From an uncultured Alphaproteobacteria bacterium (GTDB lineage: Bacteria; Pseudomonadota; Alphaproteobacteria; Rs-D84), in assembly GCA_949082785.1 (NCBI GenBank), contig CARVLU010000003.1, positions 9,133 through 73,132 on the forward strand: DNA of 64,000 bases, in the 5' to 3' direction. Positions 1-9,664 of the stretch are shown here, piece after piece. Below the pieces are notes generated by a model. That model had not been told where the DNA came from. It was given only the letters and a program-made list of their open reading frames with translations, and did no database searches. The position numbers and the translations under genes were made by a program. How positions within the stretch are numbered: the first letter of the stretch is position 1; the number at the start of each line of letters is the position of its first letter.

Positions 1-175
1 GAAACATTTCCCGAAACCAAACCAAGCCATCGCTGTACATGGTTTCCAGGTATTCGCGTGCTTCGGCATTGATTTTGCCGGCCGCCGCCGCACGCGCAAT
101 CACATCCAGATTTTTCCGGTCGTGTTCGGCAATAATATCCCGAATGGCGTTATCTGTGGCGGCGGTATGGGTCAT
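1..175 (-). CDS. hypothetical protein, partial (N-terminal ~58 codons; 3' end lies beyond window start)
   Basis: ATG at 175 on minus strand, open frame to position 1 (MTHTAATDNAIRDIIAEHDRKNLDVIARAAAAGKINAEAREYLETMYSDGLVWFREMF); 11 nt downstream of lysS stop, same strand. Confidence 0.35.
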   Translation of the reverse strand, partial: MTHTAATDNAIRDIIAEHDRKNLDVIARAAAAGKINAEAREYLETMYSDGLVWFREMF

Positions 176-186
176 GTTTCATCCTG

Positions 187-1653
187 TTATTTCATAATCG
201 GGAACAAAATCACGTCGCGCAGTGTCGGCGCGTCCGCGATGATGGAAAAGAACCGGTCAATCCCCAGCCCCAATCCCGAAATCGGGGGCATGCCGTGTTC
301 CATCGCACGCAAGAAATCTTCGTCCAGGTCAAAGGCTTCGTCGTCACCGGCGGCCTTGTTCGCCATTTGTTCTTCGAATGCGGCGCGCTGGACAATGGGG
401 TCAACCAATTCCGAATACGCCTTGATCAATTCGGCACCACAGACAATCAATTGGAAAATATCAATACGGCGGCCGTCCGCATCGTTACGCCGCGCCAGCG
501 GAATCATATATGCGGGATAATTGTACACCATGGCCGGGTGAATGATTTGGTCGCGAACCTTGCGCTTGAACACGTAATCGACGATGGCCGGCACGGATTT
601 CAGCGGTTCCAATTCATCCGCCCCAAACATGCCATTTGCAACCAACTGTTGCTTTAACGCGGGGGCGTCGCGGAATTCCAAGATATCCACCCCCAGCAAT
701 TCGTTCATGCGCGCGGTGTAATCGATTTCTTCGTATTTGGAAAAATCCAGTTTTGTCCCCTGGTATTCAATCTGTAATGTGCCGCGCAAATCCATCAAGA
801 TTTTCTGGACCAACGCCCATGAAAACGCCATGTTGTCGCGATAATTCCAATATGCCGCATACCATTCCAGCATCGTAAATTCTTGCAGGTGCATGGCATC
901 CATGCCTTCGTTTCTGAAATTCTTGCCCAATTCATAAACGCGGTCGAATCCGGCGGCAATCGTCTGTTTCAGGAACAATTCCGGCGCAATACGCAGATAG
1001 AAATCCGCATCCAGTGCGTTGTGATGCGTGACGAACGGGCGCGCCGCCGCACCGGACGCAACGGTTTGCATGATGGGTGTTTCCACTTCGACAAAGCCGT
1101 TGTTGTTCAGATAATCACGGATAATGCGCAACATTTGAAAACGCATTTTCATCGTGCGACGTGTGTCTTCGTTTGAAATAATATCCAGATAGCGTTGACG
1201 ATAACGCGTTTCCACATCGGTTAAACCGTGGAATTTTTCGGGCAATGGGCGCAACGCCTTGGCCAGGATTTCATACCCGGTCACCCGAACGGTCAATTCG
1301 CCGGCGGTCGTGTGATACAATTCCCCCGTCAGCCCCACAAAATCCCCCAAATCGACGTTGGATTTAAAGAACTTGTAATTTTCTTCGCCCAGTTCTTCGC
1401 GGGACATCGAAAACTGGATTTCGCCATCAATGTCATAAATGCGCCCGAACATCAATTTACCCAGCCAACGCTGTGCGGTAACGCGACCGGCCAAACGCAC
1501 GGGCGTACCGTCCGCCAATTCACGCGCGGCCACGATGGTGTGGGTGCGGTCAAACTTGTCTTTCCAGACAACGCCGTCACGGGCGCGGATATTTTCCGCC
1601 TTTTGCAGACGGGCGGTCAGTTCGTTGGTGGATATTGATGTATTTTCTGACAT
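187..1653 (-). CDS. lysS: lysine--tRNA ligase (class II)
   Basis: 488-aa ORF with class II aaRS motifs and OB-fold N-domain typical of LysRS (..FRNEG..., GLGIDR...). Confidence 0.95.
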   Translation of the reverse strand: MSENTSISTNELTARLQKAENIRARDGVVWKDKFDRTHTIVAARELADGTPVRLAGRVTAQRWLGKLMFGRIYDIDGEIQFSMSREELGEENYKFFKSNVDLGDFVGLTGELYHTTAGELTVRVTGYEILAKALRPLPEKFHGLTDVETRYRQRYLDIISNEDTRRTMKMRFQMLRIIRDYLNNNGFVEVETPIMQTVASGAAARPFVTHHNALDADFYLRIAPELFLKQTIAAGFDRVYELGKNFRNEGMDAMHLQEFTMLEWYAAYWNYRDNMAFSWALVQKILMDLRGTLQIEYQGTKLDFSKYEEIDYTARMNELLGVDILEFRDAPALKQQLVANGMFGADELEPLKSVPAIVDYVFKRKVRDQIIHPAMVYNYPAYMIPLARRNDADGRRIDIFQLIVCGAELIKAYSELVDPIVQRAAFEEQMANKAAGDDEAFDLDEDFLRAMEHGMPPISGLGLGIDRFFSIIADAPTLRDVILFPIMK

Positions 1654-1680
1654 AACTTTGGTTCCTTGGCATTGCGATTA

Positions 1681-1708
1681 AAAAAACGGACGCAAAAATG
1701 TGCGTCCG
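1681..1708 (-). terminator. rho-independent terminator downstream of tRNA-Gly
   Basis: hairpin CGGACGC-N8-GCGTCCG followed by T-run on minus strand. Confidence 0.5.
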
Positions 1709-1788
1709 TCCTGATTTCTTATGGTCGCACGTATCAATTAAAAAATTTTTTAGAAATGTTTTTCATATTGTCATGCACCTAAAAACTC

Positions 1789-1865
1789 TGGTGCGAGCAA
1801 AGGGGCTCGAACCCTCGACCTCAACCTTGGCAAGGTTGCGCTCTAGCCAACTGAGCTACGCTCGC
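1789..1865 (-). tRNA. tRNA-Gly (anticodon GCC)
   Basis: cloverleaf: acceptor GCGAGCG/TGCTCGC, D-loop AGTTGGCTA, anticodon loop TTGCCAA, T-loop TTCGAGC, encoded CCA. Confidence 0.9.
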
Positions 1866-1940
1866 ACTGCGTGGTGTATTCTGACATATCTTTTTTCAAA
1901 TTGCAAGTGTTATTTTATTGACAATTTTTATGGTTTGGAT

Positions 1941-4331
1941 ATGCTGATTTTAATGAAAAATATCCCAGACAAAAATCTTGGCAGTGCCCGAAAATCCCGC
2001 GAATTATTGATGGCGGGGTCGTATAATACACTGTTCGATAACCTGGTGTTTAATCCCCCGGCGCGATTTTTTGTCTATGCCGCACCCGATTCTGTTCATG
2101 ACATTTTTCACAGGACTTTTGACGCACTGAATAATGCCGCCACATCCATTAACCGCCATGACGCGTGGGCGTTCGACGATGTCGCCCGCATTTTGATGGG
2201 CGCCGCGAACGACATGCAGATGGACACGGCGATTAATTTCCTGGTGTCACGGTGCGCCGTGCCGGAAACGCATTTATATATCCGGCGCGCAAATGCGCCG
2301 GGGCAATTGTTCCCGACCAACCGAATTTATCTGTCGCGATACGCCATGTGCCGGGTGGCGAATTACTGGCTGGCCACAAAAATGCGGGCGGACATCGACA
2401 TGGGCCGACCCGTATTGACCGCGACGCACGCGGCGCATGACAACGGGCGCCACAAAATCCAAACGGAAATGCAATTGGCATTTGCGGCGTATTATTTCGC
2501 GTTCCCCGAAACCGATTGCGATGAAATCGCCCGCATCACATGGGACTGGGTCCGGGCAAAACCGGTTAAGCGTGCCTGGGAATCAGCGCAGAAAAATCTG
2601 ACCAATGAAATGCGGCGCATTTACGGCCGTGAATTTTCGTTTCATTTATTCGAAGAGTTTAAGCAAGAACACATTTTCAACCCGCTGTTTCGTGCACCGG
2701 GCGCCCCGTCCATTCGGGACCAGTATGCGGAAATGCTGACCACGCGGGGATTCAAACCAGACACCGGCGGCGCGCGCGGCGGATGGCGGCGCGGCCGACA
2801 AACCGCCCCCAAATACCCTGGGGGATACTTTGCGCCGCATGCGCTGTTTCTGGCGGCATGGATAACCAATCAATTTTGCGAATTCATATCCAATGAACCG
2901 GCCCCCGACCGCAACCGTACCAAATGGTTTGAATTGCGGGCAAAAAATTTCATGGCAACAATCGGCCAGGGATTGGCGGCCATGCGCCGTGATAACTCCG
3001 CGCTGCGCACGGCGCAACTGTGGGCCGCGCGCCATCACAGCGACGCGTTAAAATCCATTAATGAAATCAAACATGGCCGCGGCCACCGTAAAACCGATGA
3101 CGCAACCGGCCAAGTCATGCACGACAACCCGTCCGCGATGGAATTTTTCCGGACAAAGCATTTATTTTCCGATGACGACATGTGGTGCCTGAAATACCGG
3201 CAAAATGCCCAGCGGCGATTGGTTCAATTGCACGACGCATACCGGGCGGGACCGACATCGGAACTGGCACAAAAAATCGCAGACACAGAAACGCAAATCC
3301 GCGCGGAAAACATCACGCTGTACGATATGGATTTGGGGGGCTTTGTTGATGTGCCACACATTTTAAATGCCGATGGGCAATTTGTACCCCGCCCCGTTGT
3401 GACGCCCGTCATGGGGACACCGCATCAAACGATGACAACAGAACCAGCGGCGACGCCCGTCCACACACCACAACCCGCAATCGCGCCACATCAATACACC
3501 ATTGATTTTGATGCGGCGCCATGGGCCCCGTTTGTTATTAAATCCCCATCTAAAATCCCCGATGGCGCGCCGTTTATTCAATCAACAAATCCAACCACCG
3601 GCGCCCCGTACGTCATGTATGACACGCACGGTCAGTTTGAATCCGTCAACCCATTGCGGCCGGATTTCACGGTGCGCGACCGAATGGGGAACCCAAAAAA
3701 CAACGATGTGAATTTTGAAATGGGCAATTTCCTGTTGGAAAGCGACACCATGCCCCCCGCCGCCCAATTGGCCCAGGCGCACCGTCTGGTGGCACTGGGG
3801 GTGATTAATAAAATCGTGTGGTCTGGCAGCAAATCGTATCACATGCGCTGTACCGTGCGGCCGGCCCCACAAACGCGCGCACAGCGCAAATGGCTGTTCG
3901 CACACATTATCAATACGTATAACATCCAGGGCATCGACCCGGTATGCTGGAACAACGGGCGGTTGATGCGGCGCGCGGGGGCGACACGCCTGGTGGATGG
4001 GCGGGCGGTGACGCAAACACTGATACATCAATCTGATGCCGTTTTGGACATGGATTGGCGCCCATTATATGACGCCCACACGGCAATCCAGAAACACATG
4101 TTCGAAACCACCCACGAATTTTCACCCAAAATAAACGACCGCGTGCGCGCCATGTTGGCCCAGTGGCACGACGGCAATCGCCACAATTTATTAAACATGG
4201 GAATAATCCCCATGATGCACCACGCCGGTTGGACGGATAATCAAATTCGCGCCGCACTGATATCGGACGGCGGAAATCCGGGGCTGAACCGGACAATTGA
4301 AAAATATATCAACAATATTCGTGGGCGGTAA
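1941..4331 (+). CDS. large hypothetical protein (~797 aa) with central Pro/Thr-rich linker
   Basis: 2.4-kb uninterrupted frame with host-like composition; ORF-track frame begins inside tRNA-Gly so start placed at first ATG (1941) after the tRNA; linker PVVTPVMGTPHQTMTTEPAATPVHTPQPAIAPHQ; no recognisable domain. Confidence 0.7.
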   Translation: MLILMKNIPDKNLGSARKSRELLMAGSYNTLFDNLVFNPPARFFVYAAPDSVHDIFHRTFDALNNAATSINRHDAWAFDDVARILMGAANDMQMDTAINFLVSRCAVPETHLYIRRANAPGQLFPTNRIYLSRYAMCRVANYWLATKMRADIDMGRPVLTATHAAHDNGRHKIQTEMQLAFAAYYFAFPETDCDEIARITWDWVRAKPVKRAWESAQKNLTNEMRRIYGREFSFHLFEEFKQEHIFNPLFRAPGAPSIRDQYAEMLTTRGFKPDTGGARGGWRRGRQTAPKYPGGYFAPHALFLAAWITNQFCEFISNEPAPDRNRTKWFELRAKNFMATIGQGLAAMRRDNSALRTAQLWAARHHSDALKSINEIKHGRGHRKTDDATGQVMHDNPSAMEFFRTKHLFSDDDMWCLKYRQNAQRRLVQLHDAYRAGPTSELAQKIADTETQIRAENITLYDMDLGGFVDVPHILNADGQFVPRPVVTPVMGTPHQTMTTEPAATPVHTPQPAIAPHQYTIDFDAAPWAPFVIKSPSKIPDGAPFIQSTNPTTGAPYVMYDTHGQFESVNPLRPDFTVRDRMGNPKNNDVNFEMGNFLLESDTMPPAAQLAQAHRLVALGVINKIVWSGSKSYHMRCTVRPAPQTRAQRKWLFAHIINTYNIQGIDPVCWNNGRLMRRAGATRLVDGRAVTQTLIHQSDAVLDMDWRPLYDAHTAIQKHMFETTHEFSPKINDRVRAMLAQWHDGNRHNLLNMGIIPMMHHAGWTDNQIRAALISDGGNPGLNRTIEKYINNIRGR

Positions 4332-4339
4332 TTTGTTGC

Positions 4340-4368
4340 TTGTTTAAATTGTCAAAATCCGGTATAAT
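4340..4368 (+). promoter_or_regulatory. sigma70-type promoter (TTGTTT-17-TATAAT) of type-2 leader copy 1
   Basis: -35 at 4340-4345, 17-nt spacer, -10 TATAAT at 4363-4368; matches the same arrangement at 27446-27474. Confidence 0.55.
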
Positions 4369-4392
4369 ACATGGCATATAACCGGTTTAACT

Positions 4393-4486
4393 ATGCCTAA
4401 TGCAAAGGGACGATTAAACCCAACTTTTTTGCATTTGAAAGAATCCCCATTTTTCAGCCTTTTGTTCCTAAAAATATGGTCATTTT
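4393..4486 (+). promoter_or_regulatory. type-2 conserved 5' leader with upstream small ORF (uORF) starting ATGCCTAAT (MPNAKGRLNPTFLHLKESPFF...)
   Basis: nucleotide and codon-level conservation with 27500-27584; first 20 codons align gap-free with conservative substitutions. Confidence 0.5.
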
Positions 4487-4999
4487 ATGCCGAATCTAAA
4501 CGTCGGATTGCTTTCGACAATGTGGGGGCAGAATGCGACGGCCGTGAGTGCCGCCGATCAGGCATGCGCCAACTGCTATTGCTGTACCAATGGGACACAG
4601 TTCGCCTGCAAGGGCACATGTTATTACGACGAAAGGTGCTGTATGGGTATGATATGCCCGGAGGGACAGATTTGGGATTCCGAACAAGGAAAATGTGTTG
4701 ACGAACCCGTCGTAAAATTCTGTATGAGTGGCACCTATCCCACAGCAACCAGCTGTAAACCATGCCCGGAAACCACAGATTTTTCATCCACAAACGCCAG
4801 ATGCAGTGCATCATCCCCAGGTGGAACCATAGGTGGCAGTGCTGGCGACACAAGTATTTCACTGGGCATAGAATCGTGTTACATGCCCAAGGAATACCTA
4901 TCCCTAGAAGGCGGCGGCACATGCGAATACACCGATGTTTCTGGAACATTTGAATTTACCCGGAACTGTAACTATTCCGCACGGATTGAACTGGAATAA
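4487..4999 (+). CDS. small cysteine-rich protein, paralogous family member (C-terminal C-P-C ... CY ... GTFEFT ... CNY module)
   Basis: 170-aa ORF, 20 Cys; C-terminal module shared with 13737, 22498, 27585, 48723, 49016 genes; followed by strong terminator. Confidence 0.75.
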   Translation: MPNLNVGLLSTMWGQNATAVSAADQACANCYCCTNGTQFACKGTCYYDERCCMGMICPEGQIWDSEQGKCVDEPVVKFCMSGTYPTATSCKPCPETTDFSSTNARCSASSPGGTIGGSAGDTSISLGIESCYMPKEYLSLEGGGTCEYTDVSGTFEFTRNCNYSARIELE

Positions 5000-5026
5000 A
5001 AAAACGCCCCGACCGGGGCGTTTTAA
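4997..5026. terminator. bidirectional rho-independent terminator (AAAAAACGCCCCGACCGGGGCGTTTT)
   Basis: GC hairpin flanked by A-run and T-run; identical copy at 5378-5404. Confidence 0.85.
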
Positions 5027-5339
5027 CGTGTACGCGGCGGATGATAATAACGCAACGAATCCAGCACATATTGACGCCGTGCCAGTTCCAGCTGTTCTTT
5101 CTTGATTTTCAAATCATCACGATATAAATCGTTGTGTGTTTTTAACTGGCTGTAAATACCGTCCATGCACAACGCAATAAATATTGCGCACCCGGCAATA
5201 ATCCAACGCCGCCCCCCCCCACAGATTTTACCCGAACCGGATCGTCCGAAGTGCCCATTTGGGATTTAATATTGGCATCCACCTTAATCGGTTGATTTTT
5301 TATGTGTATAAATTTATCTTCTATCATCGTATTTCCCAT
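5023..5339 (-). pseudogene. small membrane-anchored coiled-coil protein (FtsB/DivIC-like?) interrupted by frameshift at C9 homopolymer
   Basis: the 5339..5142 frame ends 23 codons after the G9 run; a +1/-2 change in the run joins it to a downstream frame (RRWIIAGCAIFIALCMDGIYSQLKTHNDLYRDDLKIKKEQLELARRQYVLDSLRYYHPPRTR, stop 5023) giving a ~105-aa TM + coiled-coil protein. Confidence 0.5.
5212..5220. repeat. C9/G9 homopolymeric tract inside small ORF (candidate slip site or sequencing-error site)
   Basis: nine consecutive C on + strand. Confidence 0.9.
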
Positions 5340-5377
5340 TTATATCCACAATACATTTCCCATGCCATTTATCAAGT

Positions 5378-5404
5378 AAAAAAACGCCCCGACCGGGGCG
5401 TTTT
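5378..5404. terminator. bidirectional rho-independent terminator (identical to 4997-5026 copy)
   Basis: AAAAACGCCCCGACCGGGGCGTTTT. Confidence 0.85.
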
Positions 5405-5414
5405 AATCATGCGA

Positions 5415-6446
5415 TTACAACCATTTCCACGGCTGCACCAGTTTCAGCAAACCGTACGCGGTACGTTTATCTGCGAACGCATTTCCACAACGCGGACATA
5501 CGATAAACGGTGCCAGCATGGCTTTGACCTTTTTAAACAGTGTGAACCATACAAACAGCCCCACCGCCCATGCAGCCACAACCAATCCCCACGCAACATA
5601 ACCGAAATATTTGTTCACGGTCCCGGTGATAATCTGAATCACGCCGACATTGGATTTTTCCAAATCGTTATAGATTTTTGTTGCCACCGGCCATGACGAC
5701 GGACGCCACGGATAAACATGCTGGATACCGTAATTGGTCAGCAACGTTGTCCCCAACCCGCCGGAATTTTTATCCAGCTGGGTCTTGATGGCTTCGTCAA
5801 TCATTTTGTCGAATTCCATTTGCAGAACGCCCGCCAAATCTTTTTCGATTTTATCCAGCTTTGCGTTCACCTGTTCGGCGATATTGTCCACCTTGGCAAT
5901 GGCCTGGTTCGCCTGATCGACGGCGCCATCGGCGCGGTCAATGGCATGGTCCGCAGACGCCAGCGCATTGTCAATCGCATCGGTTTTTACCCCGAATTTG
6001 CCCGCAATCCCGGTCAGTTTTTTAACACCGCTGGTGGTTTCCTTGGCCTTGGCCGTGGATTCTTTGGCGGCGGCAGTCTTTTCTTTGGCCGCGGCGGTGG
6101 TATCGGTCACCCGGTCCACGGCACCGCCGACCATTTTCACCTGGTCGATGGCGAATGCGACGGGCTTTTCCAGATTAATAGACTTCTTAATCCCATCCAG
6201 CAATTTTTCATACTGCTGCACAATATTGCGTTGCAAGTCAAAGAACATCGATACCACAATCGATTTTTTAATCGGTTGGGAATACGTGTTTTTAACATGC
6301 AGCGGCGCCCAAATCACCAGCGCAATCCACAACACCGACACAATCGCAAATACGCGCTTGGTCCATGTGACATAAGACGTCTTTTTCGCAACGGTTTTTG
6401 CACCGCCGCGGTCGATGACTTCGACTTCTTTTTTCTTTCTTGGCAT
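5415..6446 (-). CDS. hypothetical membrane protein with coiled-coil/Ala-Lys-rich region and C-terminal CPRCG zinc-ribbon-like motif
   Basis: 343-aa ORF, N-terminal TM (VFAIVSVLWIALVIWAPL), second TM near C-terminus, CxxC motif. Confidence 0.65.
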   Translation of the reverse strand: MPRKKKEVEVIDRGGAKTVAKKTSYVTWTKRVFAIVSVLWIALVIWAPLHVKNTYSQPIKKSIVVSMFFDLQRNIVQQYEKLLDGIKKSINLEKPVAFAIDQVKMVGGAVDRVTDTTAAAKEKTAAAKESTAKAKETTSGVKKLTGIAGKFGVKTDAIDNALASADHAIDRADGAVDQANQAIAKVDNIAEQVNAKLDKIEKDLAGVLQMEFDKMIDEAIKTQLDKNSGGLGTTLLTNYGIQHVYPWRPSSWPVATKIYNDLEKSNVGVIQIITGTVNKYFGYVAWGLVVAAWAVGLFVWFTLFKKVKAMLAPFIVCPRCGNAFADKRTAYGLLKLVQPWKWL

Positions 6447-6504
6447 GTGTGTTTCTCCTTTCCTGGGTATAATACGATTTTATGGCCACCGGTTTCAACT
6501 GAAA

Positions 6505-6843
6505 TTATCGCGCCATAAACATGTCATGGAACATTTTAATGCGCGGGCGCAAAATCTGGTCCATTTGGCGCACCACCGGATGATTTTGATAAACATCAAC
6601 AACATCGGACATGGTGTCAAAGTACGCCTGGGCCTGGTCTTCGTCATCGAACGCCGTCACTTCGACCGATGTGTCGGACGTGTATGTACCGCCCCGCCCC
6701 ATCAGATACAAAGAATAGACGTATTTTGTCACATCTTCGTCCCGAATGGACGTTGCCAGATAGATTTTATCCGTCAGGTTCAGCCGCATTTTCGGCCGCG
6801 CCCCAAACGCAATTTCATGATTTTGACTGTTTTTATCTGTCAT
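6505..6843 (-). CDS. hypothetical protein
   Basis: 112-aa ORF immediately downstream of tgt (3-nt gap), same strand. Confidence 0.55.
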   Translation of the reverse strand: MTDKNSQNHEIAFGARPKMRLNLTDKIYLATSIRDEDVTKYVYSLYLMGRGGTYTSDTSVEVTAFDDEDQAQAYFDTMSDVVDVYQNHPVVRQMDQILRPRIKMFHDMFMAR

Positions 6844-6845
6844 GG

Positions 6846-7973
<1,128 letters not shown>

Positions 7974-9248
7974 TTACTTAAAATTATCCCGCCACACGGC
8001 TGCCAAATCGACGTTAAAATCCGCACCCTGGGTAACAATGGACATCGGCCCATCAAAGGAACCACGCACATTTTCAATCACATCGTCCCGACGAACACTT
8101 TCCGACATCCGGGTATCGGCATCCAAATCAAAAAGCCGCCCAGAAAAACGCCAGAAGCTAATTAATTTGTCACAGCGACTGGTCGCAGATTCCATCCAAT
8201 CTGCCCGCGACAGACGATTGCGACAATTTATGCGTCGCAAATCATCGTCTGTAATTGTGTTCTGGGTATAAATTTTGTGTGCATTTTTGGCAATCAACGC
8301 CACCACACGTTCCACATTTTCCGGCGCCGTTTGGGTGTTAAAGCCCGTCAGGCCAAGTTTTTCGTTCCCGACACCGGTGCCTGAAAAACCATACACCAAT
8401 CCATTTTCCCGACGAATAATATCAAACAATTCACGGTTCATATAACGCCAGAATTTTGACACGCATTTGTTCTGGAACAGATTTTCATATGTTGCATCCC
8501 ATACGTCGGGGAACAAAATACTTAACACCACATTTTTCTTGCCCGGTTTGGAATTGTGCGCAATGGTGGGCGTGTATGTGATGCTGGCATTTTCCGGCAC
8601 ATCCAGGTTTGGCAAAAACCCAAAGGCCGTTTCTAAATGTCGCAACACGGCGTCCGCATCCAAAATACGACCCGATATGCCGATGATGCAATTATTGGCC
8701 GACAGGCGCCGCCCCAAAAATTCAATAACCCGATCACGGGTAAAAGACAGAATCAATTCTTCGGTCCCCAAGCCCCGCGTTGAAAACGTTGCATAGTTAA
8801 ACAGTTTACCGGACACAAAATCCCTATATTGTCGCTGGGAATTATCCAGGGCACGGCGCAGCTCATCAATCACAACGCGGTGTTCAATATCAATCTTGTC
8901 CGGTTCAAACAGGGCGTTTTGCAACTGGTCACTGATCACATCAATCAAAACATTAATGTTTTCAGCCAAAATGCGCCCATAAAAATACAGTCGATTATTC
9001 CCCGTGGCGGCATTATGGTTTCCCCCATGATCGTCCAGAAATTCCTGTCGTTCCTTGGACGCTGCAAACCGCGCCGTGCTGCTGCACAACATGTGTTCGC
9101 AAAAATGGGTCAGACCATATTCGGTGGGACCTTCGTCCCGGCTGCCGGTGCGAAACAGAACCTTGACAGACACGGTTTCCAAATCCATCGGGTCCAGGAT
9201 GACCGTCACACCGTTTGATAATTTATGTATGGTCGGATTGTATTGCAC
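7974..9248 (-). CDS. M16 family zinc peptidase (pitrilysin-like, HxxEH)
   Basis: HFCEHM inverted zinc motif; ORF track extends to 9353 (TTG) but GTG at 9248 preceded by GGGGGG SD and 10 nt after upstream gene stop gives the typical M16 N-terminus (VQYNPTIHKLSNGVTV). Confidence 0.8.
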   Translation of the reverse strand: MQYNPTIHKLSNGVTVILDPMDLETVSVKVLFRTGSRDEGPTEYGLTHFCEHMLCSSTARFAASKERQEFLDDHGGNHNAATGNNRLYFYGRILAENINVLIDVISDQLQNALFEPDKIDIEHRVVIDELRRALDNSQRQYRDFVSGKLFNYATFSTRGLGTEELILSFTRDRVIEFLGRRLSANNCIIGISGRILDADAVLRHLETAFGFLPNLDVPENASITYTPTIAHNSKPGKKNVVLSILFPDVWDATYENLFQNKCVSKFWRYMNRELFDIIRRENGLVYGFSGTGVGNEKLGLTGFNTQTAPENVERVVALIAKNAHKIYTQNTITDDDLRRINCRNRLSRADWMESATSRCDKLISFWRFSGRLFDLDADTRMSESVRRDDVIENVRGSFDGPMSIVTQGADFNVDLAAVWRDNFK

Positions 9249-9258
9249 CAAAGCCCCC

Positions 9259-9663
9259 CTATCGCATATGGGCCCGGTCCGCCATCGCCATTTGCGCGGT
9301 GCGCACGCGCTGTAATTCCATTTGCATTTGGGCATATAAACGCTGTAATTCAATCACGCGGCGGCCCATCGTGAACGTCGCGGTTTCCAGTGTTTGGCGG
9401 TCTTGACGCATCGTATCAACTTGTGCCTGCAACTGACTGATTTGTCTTTGGATTTTATCAAATTTTGCTTGTTGCATTGCATAATCTTTTTTACCACCCA
9501 AATACTGATTGTTTGTGTGCATAAACTTTGTAATCGCGTCCTGGGCCGTTTTGGATTTGACGACCATCGTGCCGTATTTCAGTGCCGCCCGGCGGCCCGC
9601 CGGGGTGCGCAAAAACCGCGCCAGTAATTTCGGATTGGCCAACAAACGTAACAATACCTGCAT
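9259..9663 (-). CDS. hypothetical coiled-coil protein (134 aa)
   Basis: ATG at 9663 immediately after queA stop; Q/R-rich coiled-coil C-terminus; the 169-aa ORF-track version overlaps queA and is rejected. Confidence 0.55.
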   Translation of the reverse strand: MQVLLRLLANPKLLARFLRTPAGRRAALKYGTMVVKSKTAQDAITKFMHTNNQYLGGKKDYAMQQAKFDKIQRQISQLQAQVDTMRQDRQTLETATFTMGRRVIELQRLYAQMQMELQRVRTAQMAMADRAHMR

Positions 9664-9664
9664 A

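Noticed and set aside
1698-1940. 5' part of the 877-aa ORF-track entry overlapping tRNA-Gly
   Set aside because: This part of the frame runs through the tRNA gene and has no start context. The CDS is started at the first ATG after the tRNA (1941).
5718-6518. 266-aa plus-strand ORF
   Set aside because: It is antisense to the 5415-6446 membrane-protein gene and has G/R-rich junk composition.
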